Shown: positions 13,217-25,690, counted from the whole stretch's first letter. The stretch is DNA of 63,958 nucleotides, filler included, from Welwitschia mirabilis (GCA_051453625.1; 7 parts of one record of this genome joined end to end with filler, not necessarily neighbours in it); one strand, 5' to 3'. Notes: generated by a model from the letters alone, not told the origin. Made by a program: numbers and translations.

Positions 13217-14325
13217 TGTTGCGCTACCAACTTATGTGTATTTGATAGAATATCTTGAGTTGTTTTATAGGTAAAGTAACAAATAAATGCTTAGTTCTCA
13301 TGATAATAGAGAACTGGGATGAACAAAATGAAAACACACAATTTCTAGATAAATTACAAGTATTTTGTGCAGGTATGGATAAATGACATTTTGAATAATG
13401 ATTCCTGCAAATAATAAGCAATCAGACTAACTAAAGATTAACAAAAAACCTATCATCCACCTCATTGTCTGGACGTCAGTAGTGGACAACATCTCTAACA
13501 GGGCGATAAAAAGTCCACATGCAGTTCACAAGTAGTTAAACTGGGAGATAAATAGATATCTAATTATTAGTCTTCGTCTCATACATCATCCAGATGACTA
13601 GAAAGAAGACACTATCCTCTCATACTTTTACTGAATGTTTTCCCAAGTTGTCGTCACTTCTTTGCGATTTTCCTTTGCATGTTATCTAGGGTTTTTTCTT
13701 ATACTTTTTTGTCAGTTTTATTTTCTTTTTTTGTCTATAAATAAGGGTCTCCTCCCTGATTCCTAATCATCTTTAACAGTATTTGACATACTCGTGATAG
13801 GAGATCTTAGAACCAGAGACTCATTCTATGATTATAGAGAGATGTTCCCTTGGTAATGGGCGGTATTTCCTTCATTGAGAAATGACTACTTTGTAATATA
13901 AATGTTGCATGCTTTTTAATATGAATTATATTCTTTTGTGTTTAATATATGCAGAAAATTATCCCTCATAGTTTATGTTATTTAAGATTCAGTGACAGGT
14001 TTCTTCTATTATATAGATTATGAGGGAAGCCTTTATCAAGGTTGAGCTTAATTAGTTTAGACACATCATTATTCCTTTTCCTAAATTAGTTTTGCATAAG
14101 TATGTTTTATTTTAATTCCATGCATTTTAATTTAATTCAATAGATTAGTGTTACATAATTTCCTTTTGAAAATAACTTTTTATTTTCCATACTTTGGCCT
14201 TCGACGGAATTATGATATTTTGGATCACTCCCATCTATACTAGTGTGTTGTGTTTGTGCATATTAATTATGATTAACAAGATTCAGCTCAGGATGTAAAA
14301 CATTGCATAAATACGTACCACAACA
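13217..14325 (+). repeat. 5' LTR of Athila-like Gypsy element (copy A)
   Basis: TGTTG...CAACA termini, TATAAATA at ~13736, followed by a PBS. Homologous in reverse to 58176-59361. Confidence 0.85.
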
Positions 14326-14328
14326 TCT

Positions 14329-14346
14329 TAGCGCCATTACCAAGGA
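14329..14346 (+). promoter_or_regulatory. Primer-binding site (Athila-type, degenerate)
   Basis: TAGCGCCATTACCAAGGA equals TGGCGCCGTTGCCGGGGA with G>A changes; starts 3 nt after the LTR end. Confidence 0.75.
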
Positions 14347-15908
14347 ATGTTATTTGGAATTTGAGAGATGTCATTACTTCAGTGGATATTTCAGATGTTT
14401 GCTATAGTAAAAGTGTACCAATACCTTCTATAAGTTTTTATTTCAGTTTTTTTTTTTTGCTAACCTCTAGTGTCTCCTTTATCGTCTAGACGTCACAGTT
14501 AGATAACTATCCCATTTTTTACTTTCCCTCTTTCTATGATTGTCTGTGATTCTATCGTTCAAGTTATCATCCGAATGACATACAGGATGATACTTTCTCA
14601 GACCCAAAACTGAATGATTAAAATTAAAAAAAATAAAAATATTAGAGAGAGAAGCTATTCACTGCTGAAAATATTAAAGAAGGTTTGCTAAATTTTCAAA
14701 TATAAATAAATCAAAAAAAGCCTAGGTATGAAAGATTTAGAATTTCCTATAATTTCCAATTTTAATTTTAAAAAATCTGATACCATGTCCACCTCTAACT
14801 AAAAATAAAAACAACCTATCTCTCCAAATCTACCCTTGTCATTATAACCCTTACTTCTACTCCTTCTTGACCTAATACTCATGCTACTCTGAGAGATCTC
14901 ATAGCGACTAAAAAACATGAAATCCAAAACCCTTTTGACTTACCTCCTAGTGATGATGTAGAACTTTGAAACTTGAATGCCTACCTACCTTTAGTAGAGA
15001 ACCTGATGAAGATCTTCTACAATACATCGCTGAAATTAAACAACTTATCCTTACATCCAGAAACGGTAAATATCAAATAACTGATAGAACCTGTATGATT
15101 ATATTTCCCATGACCTTGAGAGGTAAGGCAAAACTTTGACTTAGAACAATTACCCATAAGAGCCTAAAATCTTAGAGTTAAGCTTAAGAAGCCTTCATCA
15201 AAAGATTCATAAGCAAAACCACCATATGGAAGTATAAGAAAGAAGTTACAAACTTCTAATAACTACCTAATGAAGATTATGCCTCTACCTATGAGTAATT
15301 CTTTGTTGCTTTACATTTAAATCCTGTAGATGCTTTTTCTGAGGTAGAGTTAATTGACTGTTTCTATAGTATATTAAATAGTTATACCAAGCAACTTGTA
15401 GATTTCTCTTGTGGAGGCAACCTACTAAACCAAACATTATAAGATTGGAAGATTTAGTGGAAGTAAGTTAAACTTGGCCTAAACCCTCCTCTAAAGAGAA
15501 CCGAACAGTAGGCCAAATCATTAAGGATTTAAAAGAAGTTAAGCATGAGAAGATTAAGACCAAGATAGAAAATGAACCAACTAGCATCATTAAGGATTTC
15601 ACTTTTATTTTAGATAAATACACCCAGATGATCCTTAATGCTAAAGCAGCAACTGAGAAGAGTGAAGTTATTATTCCAGCATGTGATTTGTATGAAGATA
15701 ACTACCATGTCATAAAAAAATGCCCTTTACTTCCTACTTACAAAGAGAGAATCTATGAAGAAGTGGGTACTTTCAACTAAAGACCTTCCAACTACATGCA
15801 AAACCATANNNNNNNNNNNNNNNNNNNNNNNNNNNNNNNNNNNNNNNNNNNNNNNNNNNNNNNNNNNNNNNNNNNNNNNNNNNNNNNNNNNNNNNNNNNN
15901 NNNNNNNN

Positions 15909-18517
15909 ATTTAGCTCAAAACGTAAACGTTGCATAAATATGCACTGTAACATTTTAGTGTCATTATCAGGAAAGGCTGCTTGGAATTTGAGAGTTTTTA
16001 TTGCTTTAGTGAATATTTACTACAGCAGCGGTGTACCAGTACTAGCTGTAAGTTTTTATTTTGGTTTTTTATTTTCTGCTAACCTTCAACATCCCCTTCG
16101 TCATCTAGATGTCATAGTCAAATGATTGTCCCATTTTCTACTTTTCCTCTTTTTGTGGTTTTCTATGTTTTTGTCATCTAGGTTATGCAAGATTTATAAT
16201 TTTCTGCAATTTTCGATTTTAATTCTATAGAGTCTGATACCATGTTGACCTCTAACCAAAAGCTTAAACATTCTATTTCTCCAAATCCACCCCCTGTCAT
16301 TAGAACCCTCACTTTTACTCCTTATCAACCTAATACTCATGCTATCTTAAGAGATCTTANNNNNNNNNNAAAAAAAAAAAAAAAATGAAATCCAAAATCC
16401 TTTTGACTTATCTACTAGTGATGATGTAGAACTTTAAAAATTAAATGCGTATCCTACCTTTAGTGGAAATCCTACTAAAGATCCTCTACAACACATCACC
16501 AAAATTAAATAACTTATCCTTACTTCTAGAAACCGTAAAAAACGAATAAGTGATAAAACCTATATGGTTATCTTTTCAATCACTTTAAGAGATAAAGAAA
16601 AAATTTGGCTTAGAACAATCCCTTATAAGAACCTAAAATTTTGGAGTCAAATTCAAGAAGTCTTTATCAAGAGATTCATGAGTGAAATCATCATCTGGAA
16701 GCATAAGAAAGAAGTAATAAACTTCCAACAATTGCCTAATGAAGACTATTCCTCTACCTATGAGTGATTATTTTTTATTTTACATTTAAACCCTATGGAT
16801 GTCTTTTCTGAGGTAGAGTTAATTAACTATTTCTATAGTGGATTAAACAGTCATACTAATGAACTTGTAGATTTCTATTGTAGAGGTAACCCATTAAACC
16901 AAACCTTAGTATATGCTTGAAAGATGTTGGAATATTTAGTGGAAGTAAGTTAAACTTGGCCTAAACCCTCCTTTAGAGAAAACTGAATAGTAGGCCAAAC
17001 CATTAAGGACTTAAAAGAAGTTAAACATGAGAAGACTAAGACCAAAATAGAAAACAAACTAACTAGCATCATTAAGGATTTCACTTATACTTTAGAGAAA
17101 TATGCCCAAATGATCCTTGATGCTAAAGTGGCAACTGAGAAGAATGAAGTTGTAGTTCCAACATGTGATTTTTATAAAGATAGCTACCATGTCACAAAAT
17201 ATTTCCCTTTAATTCCTACTTATAAAGAGAAAATATATGAGAAAGTGTGCGTAACCAAAGATCCCCTAACTACATGCAAAACCATAACCAAAGACAAGTC
17301 CCAAGTCATAATTTTCAAAATAGCATGAGTGAGCAACCAAATTCTAGAAACTTTCAAACATCTTGTCCTAACTTCTAGCCTTTCAGAAGTTGCCTTGAAC
17401 ATTCAAACTTTTAATCCAACTATCCAAATCACTTGACAAGCTCTTTCAACTCCCAAAACCATAATGATCCTCTTAGAAGTTCTATTAAGGAGTTGAAAAA
17501 AACTCAAGAGAAGATAAATGCCAACCTAGAAAATTTTATAAATATCTTACAATAAACCATGCTTGCCAATCAAAGACTACAAGAGATCCTTGCCACTCAA
17601 CATTTACTGAACTCTAATGAATTATGAAATGATTTTAAGGTGGTGACAAGGAGTGAAAATAACATAACACCCCCTACTCATGAGGCTTTAACTTCCCAAA
17701 ATAACAAAATTGATGAGGAAGAGGACATAGAAATCTTAGAAAATAATTCCTTTCCTTCTTCACTTAGCAACAAAAAGAAAGATCCTTCATAAAGGAAACC
17801 TGCTACCCCATGGCTTAATAAGCTTAACATAAACCCCATCCTTGACAATTATTTGAAAGCCTTAATGCAAAACATTAGCATTAACTTATCTTTTTGGAAA
17901 ATTTTGCAAGGGAACCCTAAATACTCTAAGTTATGGAAGGACCTAATAAGAAAGAAACAAAAACAAACCATTCCTAGTAAAGTCTTCCTAGCTCAATCCC
18001 TTAGCAACTTGGTTTCTAAGAAGTGTCCAAAGTTTAAAGATCTAATGGTAGCAACTATTAGTATCACTTTAGAGGGAAACTGTAGAATTAAGAAAGTCTT
18101 GATAGACATTGAAGCTAGTGTCAATATTATGCCCTTACAAATTTTTCAACGTCTTAGGTTGAAAGAAAGAGTAGAACCTACATAAGTTATCTTGAAGTTA
18201 GCCGATACATCTGCAAAGAAATCCTTAGGTGTGATTAAGGACTTAGTTATTTAGATAGAGAAAGCTTTCTACCCAATAGATGTATTTATTTTAGAAGTTG
18301 AGAATTAAGAAGGATATCCCATACTTCTAAGTAGATCTTTCTATGCAGCCGCCCATTGCATCATAGACACAAGAATTGGATTGATGAAATGCCATTTTGG
18401 AAACAAGCAATTTTTAATAAGAGTGTCTAATGCAACTGAAAAAGATTTAAGTAATAATTTATAAGAATATATAAAACCAATACTATTTTTATAGCACTGT
18501 CCAACCCTAAAGCACAT
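15909..18517 (+). mobile_element. Athila-like Gypsy copy B (LTR end, PBS, gag and protease pseudogene)
   Basis: LTR tail ...TGTAACA (15952) plus PBS-like TAGTGTCATTATCAGGA. gag IFSITLRDKEKIWLRTIPY...; protease KVLIDIEASVNIMPL (17853-18185). Visibly diverged from copy A. Confidence 0.85.
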
Positions 18518-19504
18518 TGTAAAAGATAAAATCATAAAAATTATGTCTGGAAAATGTTNNNNNNNNNNNNNNNNNNNNNNNNNNNNNNNNNNNNNNNNNN
18601 NNNNNNNNNNNNNNNNNNNNNNNNNNNNNNNNNNNNNNNNNNNNNNNNNNNNNNNNNNATTGTAAAAGATAAAATCATAAAAATTATGGCTGGAAAATGG
18701 TGTATGTACATCGAAAATGGCTAAAATGACATGAGGGATTTTTAGACACAACTGTGAACATGGTAGAAGCACTTATTTTGGAAGTTTCCTTTACTAAAGA
18801 GGACTTTCTCCCTATCATTATCTAAGTTTTTTCTTAGCCAACTCCTTTAGTTAAATATTATAACTTTACATGATCATCTTTTAAAGTTAACTTATGTATT
18901 ACTCTGTAAAGTATCATGATTAGTTTTATACTTGGGCATTTATAAGTGGTAAGATTGGATTCACCCAATCNNNNNNNNNNNNNNNNNNNNNNNNNNNNNN
19001 NNNNNNNNNNNNNNNNNNNNNNNNNNNNNNNNNNNNNNNNNNNNNNNNNNNNNNNNNNNNNNNNNNNNNNAACTTATGTATTACTCTGTAAAGTATCATG
19101 ATTAGTTTTAGACTTGGGTATTTATAAGTGGTAAGATTGGATTCACCCAATCTTGAGACATTCCCATATCTATAGACTGTATTTATAGGAAGATGCCTTG
19201 TTTCTTGTGTTTTTCTCAATGGTGGTTAAATCTTAAGTTATCAAGAAGTGTTCTTTTCTATTTTTTATCTCACTTATTTACCTTTGTCTTTATTAAGTGT
19301 GTGATCATGTGAGAACTTTTGTGTTTAAAAAAATAAAACATAAAAAAAAAAAGTACAAAGCATGATTTCCTACTGTAAGTACACTAGGGCAAATATTTCC
19401 GAGAGGAGCCTTTGGTAGTGTAATATGGTAGCTATGGGAACTCCACTGGGGGGTCAGTTTTCCATGCTTCAAGGGTCTTTACCCCTCTGACAGTGGTTGC
19501 ACTC
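18518..19504. mobile_element. Probable LTR of a different retroelement interrupting copy B
   Basis: Homology to the other copies stops at a TGT at 18518. Contains the GGTAGCTATGGGAACTCCAC...CAGTGGTTGCACTC motif also seen at 52108-52196. Confidence 0.45.
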
Positions 19505-19604
19505 NNNNNNNNNNNNNNNNNNNNNNNNNNNNNNNNNNNNNNNNNNNNTTAATTAATTAANNNNNNNNNNNNNNNNNNNNNNNNNNNNNNNNNNNNNNNN
19601 NNNN
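19505..19604. other. Artificial scaffold linker 44N-TTAATTAATTAA-44N (cores also at 29339, 45115, 52617, 55808, 62578)
   Basis: Identical 12-mer with stops in all six frames, centred in a 100-bp N block six times. Confidence 0.97.
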
Positions 19605-21135
19605 CCAAAAACGTAATGTTCACAGAATTCTAATTTACCAATATGCTGACCACAGAAAAGATCTTTCTTACTTAGGATGTACATACCTTTTTCATTCATG
19701 TAACCTAGTCGCATGTGCCATAAGCGAGTAACATGAGAATCAAGTTTAGAAGTGGAAATAGCTACAAAACCTGTAACTATAGAACCTTGCAAAACATATA
19801 GGTTACTGCATCGGTTAGCCTTAAACATAACAAGAGGACCTTTGANNNNNNNNNNNNNNNNNNNNNNNNNNNNNNNNNNNNNNNNNNNNNNNNNNNNNNN
19901 NNNNNNNNNNNNNNNNNNNNNNNNNNNNNNNNNNNNNNNNNNNNNATAGGTTACTGCATCGGTTAGCCTTAAACATAACAAGAGGACCTTTGATAATTTT
20001 GAGAACTTCACTTTCAGCTACATATCTGTACCTTTTAGATTTAAGAGTACCTAATGAAATTAAGTTCCATTTAAGTTCAGGAACAAAGTATACCTCCTCA
20101 AGTGTTCTGACGATTTCATCATCGCTTTTGATTTGAACAGTTCCTATTCCTTTGACCTTACACTAGGTATTATTACCCATTAAAATAATCCCAGAGTAAA
20201 CAAGTTTAAAGGTGGTAAACCAATCTCAATGAGGACATATGTGAAAAATACAACCAGAATTAAGAATCCAGTCAGAGTGATTTTTATCATCAGAAGAAGA
20301 TACTAATAATAAAACACCACCTTTAGTATTAGTGTTAATGATACTAGCCTCTGCGAATTGTTGAGGTTGTTTTCTCTTTGCTTTTTTATCATGTTAATGT
20401 TTCAATTTATAACATTCAGAAAGCTCATGTCCTATTTTTTTACAATACCAATAGGTTTTACTATTGAAATTACATCCTTCTGACTTTAACCCAGACTTCT
20501 TGTAGTTTCTATGATGTACAATATCACGACTTCTACCTCTAATTATTAGATCTTCACCCTTGTTCTCAGAGTGAATTTCTAAATTTGGAAAATATATGGA
20601 CTTTAATATCTTCAAAAGAGAAGGTGTCTAAACCATCATACAACATAATTTCTTTAAAATACCTATCGTAGAAGGTAAAAAGACAATTAATAACACAGCC
20701 TTATCTTCATCTTTAATGTGCACATTAAGATTTTCTAAATCCATCAGAATTGAATTAAACTTATTGAGATGTACTTGAATGGGTGTATCTTCAAGCATGC
20801 AGATGGTGAACAAATTTTCCTTAAGTTGTAGCTTGTTGGCAAGGATTTTCATCATGTATAATGCTTCCAGTTTCAACCATAGACCAGCAGCAGTGGTTTC
20901 ACTGACGACCTCACAGAGAACCTCCTTAGATAAGCATAACTGAATTTCTATAAGGGCCTTTTTATCTAATTTGTCCCATTGCTCGTCGGACATGGTATCA
21001 ATTTTTTTTTGCTTTTTTATCTAAGGCCTTCTTCAAGCCATTTTGGATGAGAATGACCCTTATTTGAACATGCCATATAGAAAAACTCAATTTGCCATCG
21101 AATTTTTCAATGTCAAACTTAGTCACAGTGGTCAT
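19605..21135 (-). pseudogene. Copia gag-pol polyprotein (frameshifted)
   Basis: MTTVTKFDIEKFDGKLSFSIW (Tnt1-type N-terminus), UBN2-like AAGLWLKLEALYM, knuckle YWYCKKIGHELSEC, protease WILNSGCIFHICPH, GAG-pre-integrase RLWHMRLGYMNEKG. Confidence 0.93.
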
Positions 21136-22599
21136 TCTAAAACAAAGGAGTTGTTTTAAAAAACAACTCTTGTACATAGACACTAATTAAGTAAAGAAGA
21201 ATCACAAAGTTATTCCAAAAAAATAGGATAAGGCAACTGTTCCTCAAGTATCAAGCCTTACATAGAACCATAAAAAATAAAATGGCCTTACACTTAAAAA
21301 ATAATTAAAATAAAAGAAGAAAAACAATTTAACCCTTTTTTGTATAATGCTTAGGCAAAATTAAATCCAAGATGCCAACGCACGTGTAGGAGCTAGCAAG
21401 TTCATAGTACATCAAGCAGACAAGGTAAGTGAAAACTAAGGTATGACATGAGATTGTGAAAAAGGCATGCAGAAGAGACACGACGTAGAGCTAAATAGGT
21501 GCAGGCAGAGGTGGGGTAGGTGCAGATCCAACCAAAGAAAAAGGATGCTAAGAAGCGGCATAATTTGAAGCAGGCTCAGAGAGACAACATAGATCGATGT
21601 GAACACGAGCAGCGTAGAGGAATAGTAATGCACAAAATAAAATGGCTAGGTGAGTAACTAGAGGCATCATAGATAAGGAATGCGAGTAAAAGTGTTGTGA
21701 TTACAGCACAGCGCGTAAAGGTATGAGTAAAAAAAGACAACAGGCGACGACAGAATACACAAAAACAGAACCATGAACAGGATGCACAAGAAGACGTAAT
21801 GACAGAACAGGACAGGTAGAGAGAANNNNNNNNNNNNNNNNNNNNNNNNNNNNNNNNNNNNNNNNNNNNNNNNNNNNNNNNNNNNNNNNNNNNNNNNNNN
21901 NNNNNNNNNNNNNNNNNNNNNNNNNAGTGTGAGTGTAAAAGCTAGTGATTGTGCATAGGAGGTAAAATTGCTAGTAAGAATGCACCGAGAAGCACAAGAT
22001 AAAGAAACCAGTGATAGCGGGGAAGCGCGCATGAGAAGAGATCACGTGCACAAGAGTGAGGGTGGCCTGCAGAAGGCTGTAGCCTGCGATGAAGTGTAGC
22101 ACTTGGCAGAAGGCAATAGCATTATTAGAAAATGGAGCTCATGGAGATGGCAGAATAAAGCTAATTGCTATCTGCAAGGAGAAAAGAAAGTGAGTAGAAA
22201 TACTTAGAAATAACTGACCACGATTGGAGACAGCATAAGCTGGATTTGTCAGATTATAGCCTAAAGGAATTGAAAGGAAAAAAAACTATGCTCCCAAGAG
22301 AGAAGAGAAAAGACATATAGGAAGACAAACAATGGTACAGGTGAGATGACACGACAGAAATACAGTGCAAAGTAAACGCAAGAAGTCGAATGGCGTGTGG
22401 GCACTGTCAAATGAAATGCACAGTGAAGAAGAACTGTGCTGATACATAAGTGACATATTAGCAAAAAACACACAGGTAAAGAACATCCACACTGGCGAAG
22501 ATGCCGCAGATGGAACACGGAGGGCTACGAAGAGTCAACGTCAATGATCGTGTGAAAGAAGAGGCCTTCACAGTGGAGCAACGTGGATAAGATGAGAAT

Positions 22600-22611
22600 G
22601 CTTTGATACCA
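22600..22611 (-). promoter_or_regulatory. Primer-binding site, tRNA-iMet
   Basis: Minus strand TGGTATCAAAGC, 2 nt after the LTR end. Confidence 0.9.
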
Positions 22612-22613
22612 CT

Positions 22614-22788
22614 TGTAACAATTGATGCACAAAAGGTGACAAGAAACATCACTGGCAGGCCATGACGTAAGGCAGCATTTTATAAGAGAAAAATGCCATA
22701 AAGATGTGGAAATACTATGGGTGGGTCTATGCTATCACCGCCCTTTAATTTTTTCGATGTGTACCAATATGAGCCGCACACCCTAACA
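22614..22788 (-). repeat. Short (175 bp) Copia 5' LTR
   Basis: Minus strand TGTTA...TTACA with internal TATAAAA; adjacent to the PBS. Confidence 0.75.
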
Positions 22789-22813
22789 CTTCTCAAACTT
22801 GCATTATTTGTAA

Positions 22814-23383
22814 GAGGATATGGAACAATGGAAGAGCTTTTGAAGATGAGCATGTAATCTTAATTGGGAGTCCATAACAAACTTGTGGGTGTGTAAACAT
22901 TTTTTCCATTTTTCTTTTTTTGTTGAAAGACCTTTTCAAGAATTAAACTTACAATCATAAAGTTACAAGATCACTTTTTGGACATCTCCAAAGAGATAAT
23001 TCCATCTTCATTTCATTATTTCTCTTGTTTTATCAATTTCTTACATATTTCACATTTAATTTATGCTATTCTCACATCAATTCTCTTATAATATGAGAAA
23101 CAGAAAATGCCCTCGTTCAGAAATTTAGATTTCTATAGAGTCAAAAAAGGCACATATAATTTATGCCTCAAATAAATTAAAGAAAATGTTTCTAGAATTA
23201 TTTATGACTATTTTGTCTTTTTTTTTGTGGGTAGAAACAGGTGAGTTTATTGAATGTGAATGGATACTATAATCACTGCTTGTCCTGTTTGATAAAGGAG
23301 TGGAAGAAGGATTCATAAAACCCTCTACAAGATACATTACGCTCTTTGCTTCTTCACCCAGACAACTCCTTGACACGATGGAG
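22814..23383 (+). pseudogene. LOG: LONELY GUY cytokinin phosphoribohydrolase (LOG8-like) pseudogene, two exons
   Basis: Exon 22814-22884 GYGTMEELLKMSM*S*LGVHNKL (LOG PGGYGTxEE motif; acceptor AG>AA). Exon 23241-23383 VSLLNVNGYYN/LLVLFDKGVEEGFIKPSTRYITLFASSPRQLLDTME with a 1-bp deletion; AG/GT intact. Confidence 0.93.
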
Positions 23384-23419
23384 GTTTTAGTCTAAGTCTA
23401 TCCCCATCTACCAAAACCA

Positions 23420-25260
23420 AGTAGTTTCTTTAATTTATTTTAGAGCTTCTTTATTTATTGGTAGACCTTCCTATTGGGTATATATAGTTGCCTACTATAG
23501 GTAAAAATATCCTAGAAATTATCCTCTTGAAAAAGATGTTATTTTATCATCCTCAAGCAGACTGATTCTTACCAAAGCCATAGTTAGATCTATCCCCTTG
23601 TATACTATACATATTTTTGTTTTATTACTCTAGATCTATAAATCCAATGGTATAATTATCCATGCCTTTATATGCAAGGGATAATCAGAAAATAAAAAAT
23701 TCCACCTTGCCTAGTGAGATACTATCACCACCTCTAAAGCCTTGGGAAGTTTAAGTTTGAATGCCATTCATGAAAACTCTCTGTTCCACCTTACCTAGTA
23801 GGATACTATCATTATCCCTAAAGCCTTGAAGGGTCTAAGCTTAAGTGTCATTCATGGAAACTCTCTATTCCTTTGAGGAAAACTTGCCTAGAGAGCTTTC
23901 AAGAACTATGACTTATCTTGGATTAATAGTGTCATCTCAAATACCATCACATTTCAATTCCTCTGTTAACAACATCCTATTTCTAACAGCATATAAGAAA
24001 AGGTTGGGTAGAGCTCTAAATATTAGGAGCATGCAAAAATGAGGTAACTCTTTTCAATTCATTATTTTCCAAGTGGCTTACCACTACCATGAGCATTTTC
24101 ATAACTGATTTCATGTTTCAAGTTCTCCATTTTCATAACTTGTTGGGTAGGGATTATCTAGTTATTTTGGTTTTCTAATTTCCCCCTTTCCTTTTTAGCA
24201 TTTGTTCTTTTTGTAATGTTTAAGGGGACATGTACCTATTTTTTTGGTCCCTATAGTTAACAATAACTTTGTTCAATGGGATTTGTAGTTTTGATATCTG
24301 GGTCTGCCCAGTTCTATGTTTCCAGTCTAGTTATTTTGGTTTTCTAATTTCCCCGTTTCCTTCACTGCATAATCATTTCTAACTTAATTAATCACTACAT
24401 AATCATTTCCAACTTGATTAAAAGAATTACCTCACTTTTACTCAAACCACAATCTTTACTGGGCTAAAAGATATCCGCTCCCTAGAAAAGCAAAATTTTT
24501 AGAGTTGAAAAGGCTTGGTTGTGAGACCCAAGGGTACCAGAGGTGTTCAATATCATCTAGCAAAGAAAAATTACAAGTAACCTTTCCTTTATATTCTTTA
24601 AAAAAATATCATTATTGAGATATGTTTAAAAATTTTGATGTAGAGATCTTAAATTAGAAATTAGAGTTATTAAACAACAAAAAGAAACACAACTAGCAGA
24701 ACTTCAAAGGCACAATGAAATAAGAGGCATTATTATCTCTAAAGAAAAATAAATTATCTCTGAGCTTCATTATCTAGAGATGCAATGAAAGAAGAGCTGT
24801 TTTGGAAGCAAAGAGCTCATAACCAATGGTTGAAGTAGCGGGACAAAAACACCCACTATTTCTTCCAAGTAGTCAACAACCACAACAGAGCAAATGACAT
24901 CAATCTCCAAACTCATAACAATAATGAAACTTCAGCACACATCATGAGGAAAATAAAGATAACGCTTATACATTCAAGAAATATTTTGAGTGATTATTTG
25001 GCTTGAAAGAGGTTAAAACTAGTAACCTTTCAACAGGCCCAAAAATAATGAATGCTTATCAACACCATACTTAAAACATGACATATAGGAAATGATACAA
25101 AGTAGGAGTTGTAATAAATCATATGCTATTTTGTCTAGACTCCATTACTATGAAAGCCCACAAAATCAAAGAAGCACTCAACCAATTCTCAGCCAGTATA
25201 GTTCTATTCATTAATCTTAAAAAATAAAAAATGTTCTTTCTTAATCTTCCTCCTATGAGA
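23420..25260 (+). mobile_element. Degenerate LINE (L1) remnant
   Basis: EELFWKQRAHNQWLK*RDKNTHYF at ~24805-24865 (L1 ORF2 WxQRSRxxWLKxGDxNTxFF) and RLGRAL at ~24001. Boundaries approximate. Confidence 0.65.
23700..23870. repeat. 84-bp tandem duplication
   Basis: TTCCACCTTRCCTAGT...GATACTATCA...CTAAAGCCTTG...CATTCATGRAAACTCTCT at 23700 and 23784. Confidence 0.8.
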
Positions 25261-25285
25261 AAACATAGAATTATTCAAATTTTAC

Positions 25286-25690
25286 ATTCCTCTGAAGGGA
25301 ATTCCCAGATAAATACTTAATGCCTCTTTCATCTGTTCAATCTCAAGCTTGTCTCTAGGCAGAAATGATCAACAAAATCAGCAGTGAAACATCTGAATGG
25401 TAAAATAGATTTCTTAGAAGTGTAAGAAAACTCCAGAACCTATTGAGCAAAAACTCCGATGAAAACTAGAAGAAAGTAAAATAAAATACTGGTAAAGGTA
25501 TCTGTTCCTATGTACCATCATCAAAAAGCATAAATCCAAAGCCATACATATAAAAAAAGCCTTCAAGGTATGGGTGTCTTTCAATATTTGACACAACTGT
25601 ATGTAAATCATGTCGTCATGTTTAATAAATTTGTTTTGTATTTTCATATGTGAATGGGTCTTTTTGGTTCTGTAATAGCCACTAGATTTT
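25286..25690 (-). pseudogene. Unidentified two-exon pseudogene fragment
   Basis: Exon ending at 25490 (WLLQNQKDPFTYENTKQIY*T*RHDLHTVVSNIERHPYLEGFFYMYGFGFMLFDDGT*EQIPLP), phase-0 GT..AG intron 25489-25393, exon 25392-25286 (MFHC*FC*SFLPRDKLEIEQMKEALSIYLGIPFRG), then GT. Confidence 0.5.

Larger units (their letters stand above)
13217..15808 (+). mobile_element. Athila-like Gypsy retrotransposon copy A (LTR, leader, disrupted gag)
   Basis: Retrotrans_gag-like IFPMTLRGKAKL*LRTI...FIKRFISK...KKEVTNF at ~15100-15260, many stops; ends at an N gap. Confidence 0.85.
19605..22788 (-). mobile_element. Tnt1-like Ty1/Copia retrotransposon, 5' part
   Basis: LTR 22788-22614, PBS, ~1.5-kb leader, then gag, protease and GAG-pre-integrase; cut off by the linker. 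Confidence 0.93.

Noticed and set aside
18516-19993. Short duplications either side of 100-N gaps (18516/18659, 18888/19071, 19797/19946)
   Set aside because: Near-identical contig-end overlaps, i.e. assembly artefacts
21436-22652. Several Leu/Ser/Phe-rich minus-strand ORFs
   Set aside because: Low-complexity Copia leader with no recognisable domain
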